A DNA stretch of 64,000 nt. It comes from Octopus sinensis. Lineage: Eukaryota. The translations under genes were made by a program, and so were the position numbers. Below the pieces are notes generated by a model, which was given only the letters and a program-made list of their open reading frames with translations, was not told where the DNA came from and did not search any database. This document shows positions 58,293 to 64,000 of the stretch, in pieces. Location of the stretch: contig NC_042998.1 of assembly GCF_006345805.1 (NCBI RefSeq), positions 22,630,001-22,694,000 on the forward strand. Reading direction: 5' to 3'. Each line of letters opens with the position of its first letter. Position 1 is the first letter of the stretch.

Positions 58293-58913
58293 GACGGATT
58301 GTTCTGTATCTTAGAAATGAGAGATTATTCTATTTTTTTGACCATATCATCAATTCTGCTTTTAACTGTATCTCTTGATAGTTGTGTTGCAGTTTATAAA
58401 CTCTATTCCTTTTCTCCATACACTTTTGGTTTTACAATTTTCTATGCAGTGCATATTAGCTTTTCCCCATTTTGGTTATAAGTTTCAAAAATTCTTAGAA
58501 TACGAAAATCCACTTTTTTTTTTTTTGTGGGGTGGGAGAGATGAGAGGATGGATTCATAATGAGTATGCATTTCATGCTGTTTTTGGGTATCAGTCATTC
58601 CATTGGTTTCAGTACTTGGGTTGTTGGATATCAAGATGTCATTTCAATATTGATTCCATAGAATTCTTTGTTTGTTCAGTTCTGCTAATTCTCTATGGCT
58701 ATCAATATATAAAGATAAACGATTGATTATTGCTATTAGCAGCAATGAAACTAAACTTTATGTTGCTGTCTAAATATTTGCTGGACCGAATAAATTTTGA
58801 CCTTTTATCTCTGCACTTCTCCATATTGCTTAATTCTTTGTTACAAATATATTTGTTTATAATGAGCTAAACATTTCTTGGATTGTTATTTCTCTTGAGC
58901 CATATTTCTCATT

Positions 58914-59188
58914 TATTTCTTCGCCCTTTTCAAGCCTAGTCAGGTTCATGGGCCCGGTTTCTCGGGACGCCAGTCCATCGCAGTGTTACTCAAGAAACAG
59001 GAAGAGAGTGTGAGAGAAAGTTGTGGTGAAAGAATACAACAGGGGTCGCCCCCCTCCCTGCAGGAGTCTTGTGGAGCTTTTAGGTGTTTTTGCTCAATAA
59101 ACACACACACAATGCCTGGTCTGGGAATCAAAACCGCGATCCTCTGACCGCGAGTCCGCTGCCCTAACCTCTGGGCTATTGCACCTCC
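58914..59188 (-). mobile_element. SINE family E-related, with a 14-bp TSD
   Basis: CCATATTTCTCATT at 58900-58913 and 59187-59200; tRNA-like head on the minus strand. Confidence 0.85.
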
Positions 59189-59480
59189 ATATTTCTCATT
59201 AGTCATATATATGTATATCTATGACTGTATATTTTCTATATACATGTGTATATATAGGAAATGCATGTGTATTGTTGAAAGAAATGCAGAAACAACACTT
59301 AAGAAGCCAGCTGGGTTCAAAATAAAACCTAACAATCAGATTGCTCTACTTTATCTGTAACCTACACTAAAATGTTCTGAAGTACACCAGTAGTAATTGT
59401 TTGAATTAAATTCCATTTTAGTTGCCCCTCTGACTCTGTTTTGATTTAAAGTTTCCATGATACTTTACAATAGGAGTGGG

Positions 59481-59633
59481 GTGAATAACACCACCAATAG
59501 TCCTATAATCTGAAGATTGTCAAATTCTTGTATTTGAGTTTGAAAAGCAATGAGGGGCGTGAATGACACCACCAATAGTCCTATAATCTGAAGATTGTCA
59601 AATTCTTATATTTGAGTCTGAAAATCAATGAGG
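59481..59633. repeat. Two-copy tandem duplication, 78-bp unit
   Basis: GTGAAT(A/G)ACACCACCAATAGTCC at 59481 and 59559. Confidence 0.9.
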
Positions 59634-60022
59634 TGTGATAGAATTTTAAAATTCCAACAAAGTGCTTGTGTTTGGTGTATACACAATATTTACAAGATGA
59701 TTTTATTCCACACAATGTTACTAATAGAAATTTAAATAGAACAAAACGGTAAGTTAGGAGTTTATAAAACAATTGACTGCTTATATTAATCCATGTCATA
59801 AATGTCATTCAACTGAGAAAAATTCTTAATGACAACCCAAAGATGACAGGACAAGTATCTGTGAAGAACTCGTGAAATAAACAATTCAACATTGTAACAT
59901 TGGTAAACAGTTATATTTACAGACTTACAATACAAATTTATGTGCTCTGACACTTCTACAGTATCAGCCATTCCATACATCAAAAAGTCAATCCATCACC
60001 TGAATAACATGGCAATCATGTT

Positions 60023-61280
60023 TTAACCCTTTCATTACTGTATTTCTGTTGCACGTAAAAAGCACCATCCGAATCATGGCCAAAGCCAGTGCTGCCTCGA
60101 CTGGCTTCCGTGCCAGTGGCACGTAAAATGCACCAATCCAACCGTGGCCGTTACCAGCCTCGCCTGGCACCTGTGCGGGTGGCACGTAAAAAGCACCCAC
60201 TACACTCACGGAGTGGTTGGCATATGGAAGGGCATCCAGCGGTAGAGACATTGCCAGTAAAGACTGGAGCCTGGTGCAGCCTTCTGGCTTCCCAGATCCC
60301 CGGTCAAACCGTCCAACCCATGCTAGCATGGAGAACGGACGTTAAACGATGATGATGATGCTCTATGTTTCTTTCAATTAATTTTAAATATAACAAAGAA
60401 TTTAGTAAAATGACTTGGTTATCATTAAGCTAGTGTTAGGAACATAAATTGTGACTCAGGTTTGGTGGAAGATTTTGATTTAAAACTTATGAAAACAAGA
60501 CGTTTGTACTACAGAGCCAGAGCCAGTTTCAGGCAGGTTGGTATCAAAAGGGTTAAATTAATCATTTGTTAACCCTTTTGTTACCATATTTCTGTTGAGA
60601 TGCTCTGTGTTTCTTTCAATTAATTTTAAATATAACAAAGGATTTCGTAAAATAACTTAGTTATCATTAAGCTAGTGTTAGGAAGATAAATTGTGACTAA
60701 GGTTTGGTGGAAAATTTTAATTCAAAACTTATGAAAACAAGACATTTTGTACTCAGAACCAGAGCCGGTTTCAGCCAGGTTGGTAACAAAAGGGTTAAAT
60801 TAATCATTTGTTAACCCTTTTGTTACCATATTTCTGTTGAGATGCTCTGTTTTTCTTTCAGTTAATTTTAAATATAACAAAGAATTTAGTAAAATAACTT
60901 AGTTATCATTAAGCTAGTGTTAGGAAGATAAATTGTGACTAAGGTTTGGTGGAAAATTTTAATTCAAAACTTATGAAAACAAGACATTTGTACTCAGAAC
61001 CAGAGCCGGTTTCAGCCAGGTTGGTAACAAAAGGGTTAAATTAATCATTTGTTAACCCTTTTGTTACCATATTTCTGTTGAGATGCTCTGTTTTTCTTTC
61101 AGTTAATTTTAAATATAACAAAGAATTTAGTAAAATAACTTAGTTATCATTAAGCTAGTGTTAGGAACATAAATTGTGACTAAGGTTTGGTGGAAGATTT
61201 TAATTCAGAACTTATGAAAACAAGACATTTGTACTCAAAACCAGAGCCGGTTTCAGCCGGGTTGGTAACAAAAAGGTTAA
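60023..61280. mobile_element. Head-to-tail array of four piggyBac-type MITEs (period 241-242 bp); first copy interrupted by family C
   Basis: TIR CCCTTTTGTTACCA / TGGTAACAAAAGGG, TTAA at each end, 12-bp spacer ATTAATCATTTG; copies at 60023-60556, 60569-60798, 60811-61039, 61052-61280. Confidence 0.93.
60052..60360 (+). mobile_element. Family C nested in the first MITE
   Basis: MITE sequence TATTTCTGTTG|...|GATGCTCT resumes after the (GAT)n tail. Confidence 0.9.
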
Positions 61281-61780
61281 GTTTCAAACAGGTGTTTGTA
61301 GTAGTTATGCTACAAATCATGACATCATTTTAGACACCTGTTGTCATTTGTCTGTTAATTCGTTTAACAGTGATATCACAGCTGCAAAACATGTTGTCTT
61401 CAGGTGCTAATCTAATGTACAAATTTGAAATGCTTTTCCTTACGAGGACTCGGCATTAGAGCAGTCACTCCTGGCATATCTTCTACATTTAAACCAATTT
61501 TGCTACCTGAATGTACTTGTGTACTGTGTGGGGACCAGCATGCCAAAGAATAGACCCAACATTTCCTCTGTGTGTCATGAAAGATGATTAAGAGTGGGAC
61601 AAGGTAGGATTTGCAATTTGACCTCATAAAGCCCTCACCAGCAACAACTACCCAAAACAGACCCATGGGTTGGAGGCTTGTCACCTGAGTGGTGCAGAAC
61701 CATCATCTGCCAGGAGTAGGGAGTCACCAACAAATGATATGTACAGTGACACGCAGTTACAGTGCATGCCCCCATGCTAT

Positions 61781-61838
61781 TGCTGCTGCTGCTGTTGCTG
61801 CTACCACCACCACCACCACCACCACCACCACCACCACG

Positions 61839-61909
<71 letters not shown>

Positions 61910-61924
61910 CACCGCCACCACCAT

Positions 61925-61957
<33 letters not shown>

Positions 61958-61970
61958 CACCACCACCACC

Positions 61971-62014
<44 letters not shown>

Positions 62015-62047
62015 CATTACTACTACTGCTGCTGCTGCTGCTGTTGT
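61781..62047. repeat. Compound (TGC)/(CAC)/(TAC) trinucleotide array
   Basis: Direct reading. Confidence 0.97.
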
Positions 62048-62119
62048 ACTTGTAGACCTGTCACATTCTTTAACTTAAAAATATGCCCATGATCTGGGCT
62101 TGAAATTTGCAGAATGTAG

Positions 62120-62167
62120 TAACACACACATCTGTGTATGCACATGCATATGCTCACACACACACGT

Positions 62168-62202
<35 letters not shown>

Positions 62203-62225
62203 TACTCACACACATACACACACAC
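62120..62225. repeat. (CA)n-rich microsatellite
   Basis: Direct reading. Confidence 0.9.
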
Positions 62226-62262
62226 GACAGTAACGAACGATTGAGTACGGAGGTAGGGTTGG

Positions 62263-62369
62263 TCATGGGCCTCCTCTGTCTATATGAATATCGGCATTGT
62301 AAACAAATATACGTTGAAGACCTCTCACTTCATAAATTGAAAACTCTGTGTCAGCAGAATTTGATTCCG
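62263..62369 (-). CDS. Candidate terminal exon of a convergent gene (xESNSADTEFSIYEVRGLQRIFVYNADIHIDRGGP*)
   Basis: Minus-strand TCATTTCGTTTATTTTGGTAG acceptor, 34 open codons with protein-like composition, CpG-richer unique sequence; unproven. Confidence 0.25.
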
Positions 62370-62654
62370 CTACCAAAATAAACGAAATGATACACTGTTT
62401 CCTGAATTTATATATACATGCCATTACACATGTGCAGAACACATGAATACTTCTCTATCCCAGTGCCCGTTAGATGCTTCATACCAATCAAGAGCGCTAC
62501 TTTAAAAGCACTCGTTAATCTGTTCATTCCAGGCATAGATCATAGAATCATATTTCTATGATATCTCTGATTCTGTTACTTTGCCAGACTCTGCTGGTAA
62601 TGATTGGGATTATTTCGGCTAGATTTTATTTTATTATTTTTTTAAAAAACTCGG

Positions 62655-62785
62655 TGTGGCTGTGTGGTAAGAAGTTTGCTTCCCAACCACATGGTTCTGG
62701 GTACAGTCCCACTGTGTGAAACCTTGAACAAGTGGCCAATACCTTGTGAATGGACTTGGTAGATGGAAACTGAAAGAAGCTTGTC
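62655..62785 (+). mobile_element. SINE family A 5' half
   Basis: Head and centre blocks. Confidence 0.8.
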
Positions 62786-62801
62786 ATACTTTTATACATA
62801 T

Positions 62802-63235
62802 ATCATCATCATCATCATCATCATTTAGCGTCCGTTTTCCATGCTAGCATGGGTTGGACGGTTCAACTGGGGTCTGGGGAGCCCGAAGGCTGCACCAGGC
62901 CTAGTCTGATCTGGCAGTGTTTCTATATATCATCATCATCATCATCATCATCATCATTTAGCGTCCGCTTTCCATGCTAGCATGGGTTGGACAGTTCAAC
63001 TGGGGTCTGTGAAGTCAGAAGGCTGCATCAGGCCTAGTCTGATCTGGCAGTGTTTCTACGGCTGGATGCCCTTCCTAACGCCAACCACTCCGTGAGTGTA
63101 GTTGGTGCTTTTTACGTGCCACCCGCACAGGTGCCAGACGGAGCTGGCAAACGGCCACGGACCGATGGTGCTTTTTACGTGCCACCGGCATGGGGGCCAG
63201 GCGAGGCTGGCAACGGCCACGAACGGATGGTGCTT
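62802..63235 (-). mobile_element. Two stacked family C copies (62802-62925 and 62931-63235) in TA-rich sequence
   Basis: Two (CAT)n tails; first truncated at GTTTCTA|TATA. Confidence 0.88.
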
Positions 63236-63427
63236 TATATATATATATGTGTATATGTATATATATATACAAGAGTTAAGGAAGGGAGTAGTCAATATCC
63301 AGGCTCATATGTTTCATAGTGAGCAGAACCTCAGAAGTGGCAAATATCCAAGCAAAGTGTATAGCTGACCTTCGTACTACACCTCGATCCTTGGATCTTA
63401 CATTAATACATACAATCATATATATAT

Positions 63428-63760
63428 ATCATCATCATCATCATCATTTAATGTCTGCTTTCCATGCTGGCATGGGCTGAATGGTTTGATTGAGAACTAG
63501 CAGGCCGGGAGGCTGCACTAAACTCCAATCTGATTTGGCAAGGTTTCTACAGTTGGATGCCCTTCCTAACGCCAATCACTCCAAGAGTGCAGTGGGTGTT
63601 TTTTTACATGCCACCAGCATGGGAACCAGTCAGGTGGAACCGGCATCGGCAACACTTGAATGGTGCTTTTTATGTACCACCAGCACAGGAGCCAGTCAGG
63701 TGGCACTGGCATCGACAATACTCAAATGGTACTTTTCATGACATGCCACCGGCACAGCGT
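63428..63760 (-). mobile_element. Family C with VNTR
   Basis: TATATATC|ATCATC junction, conserved block. Confidence 0.85.
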
Positions 63761-63779
63761 GCTATATGTATGTATTTAC

Positions 63780-64000
63780 GTATGTTTGTGTCTTTTGTGT
63801 CTGTGTTTGTCCCCCACCAACTGGTGTTGATGTGTTAATGTTTCTGTAACTTGGTGGTTCAACAAAAGAGACCAATAGAGTAAATACCAGGCTTAAAGAC
63901 AAAAAAAAAGAAGTCCTGGAGTTGATTCATTTGAGCAAAAGTTCTTCTAGGCAGGGCCCCAGCATGGCTGCAGTCTAATGACCGAAACAAGTAAAAGATA
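63780..64000 (+). mobile_element. SINE family A 3' half
   Basis: TGTCTGTGTTTGTCCCCC ... ACAAGTAAAAGA. Confidence 0.8.

Noticed and set aside
61420-61560. Possible L2/CR1 RT remnant (KPIL.ECTCV..GDQHAKE)
   Set aside because: Too degenerate to call by eye
61670-62092. Cys/His/Tyr-rich 140-aa ORF resembling a metal-binding protein (also poly-His ORF 52165-52437)
   Set aside because: Translation of trinucleotide microsatellites; no splice signals or non-repetitive domain

Overview
AT-rich, microsatellite-dense animal genomic DNA. The SINE/LINE repertoire suggests an octopus (coleoid cephalopod); this is inference from repeat style, not a database hit. There is no prokaryotic content and no CRISPR array. 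One well-supported protein-coding exon lies on the + strand (12981-13796, ATG at 13007, canonical AG/GTGAGT sites). It encodes a compact, unnamed N-terminal domain followed by a Ser/Thr-rich low-complexity region with an IKEE SUMO-type motif. Several short downstream exon candidates are unproven. Most other ORFs are transposon relics (mariner, RTE, CR1, CRE-like, possibly Penelope-like) or by-products of SINEs and microsatellites. Dispersed repeats: tRNA-headed SINE families (labelled A, B, E, F here), a family C that is demonstrably the 3' UTR of an RTE LINE with an internal VNTR, non-autonomous Helitrons, and TTAA/piggyBac-type MITEs. The most notable region is a (TA)n-anchored cluster at about 45.3-51 kb. 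It contains four different fold-back elements and two about 1-kb tandem duplications. One fold-back carries a type I hammerhead ribozyme motif in each arm (four copies after duplication). Also notable are three unusually long (38-98 bp) target-site duplications around short retroelements. Boundaries of degenerate repeats are approximate.
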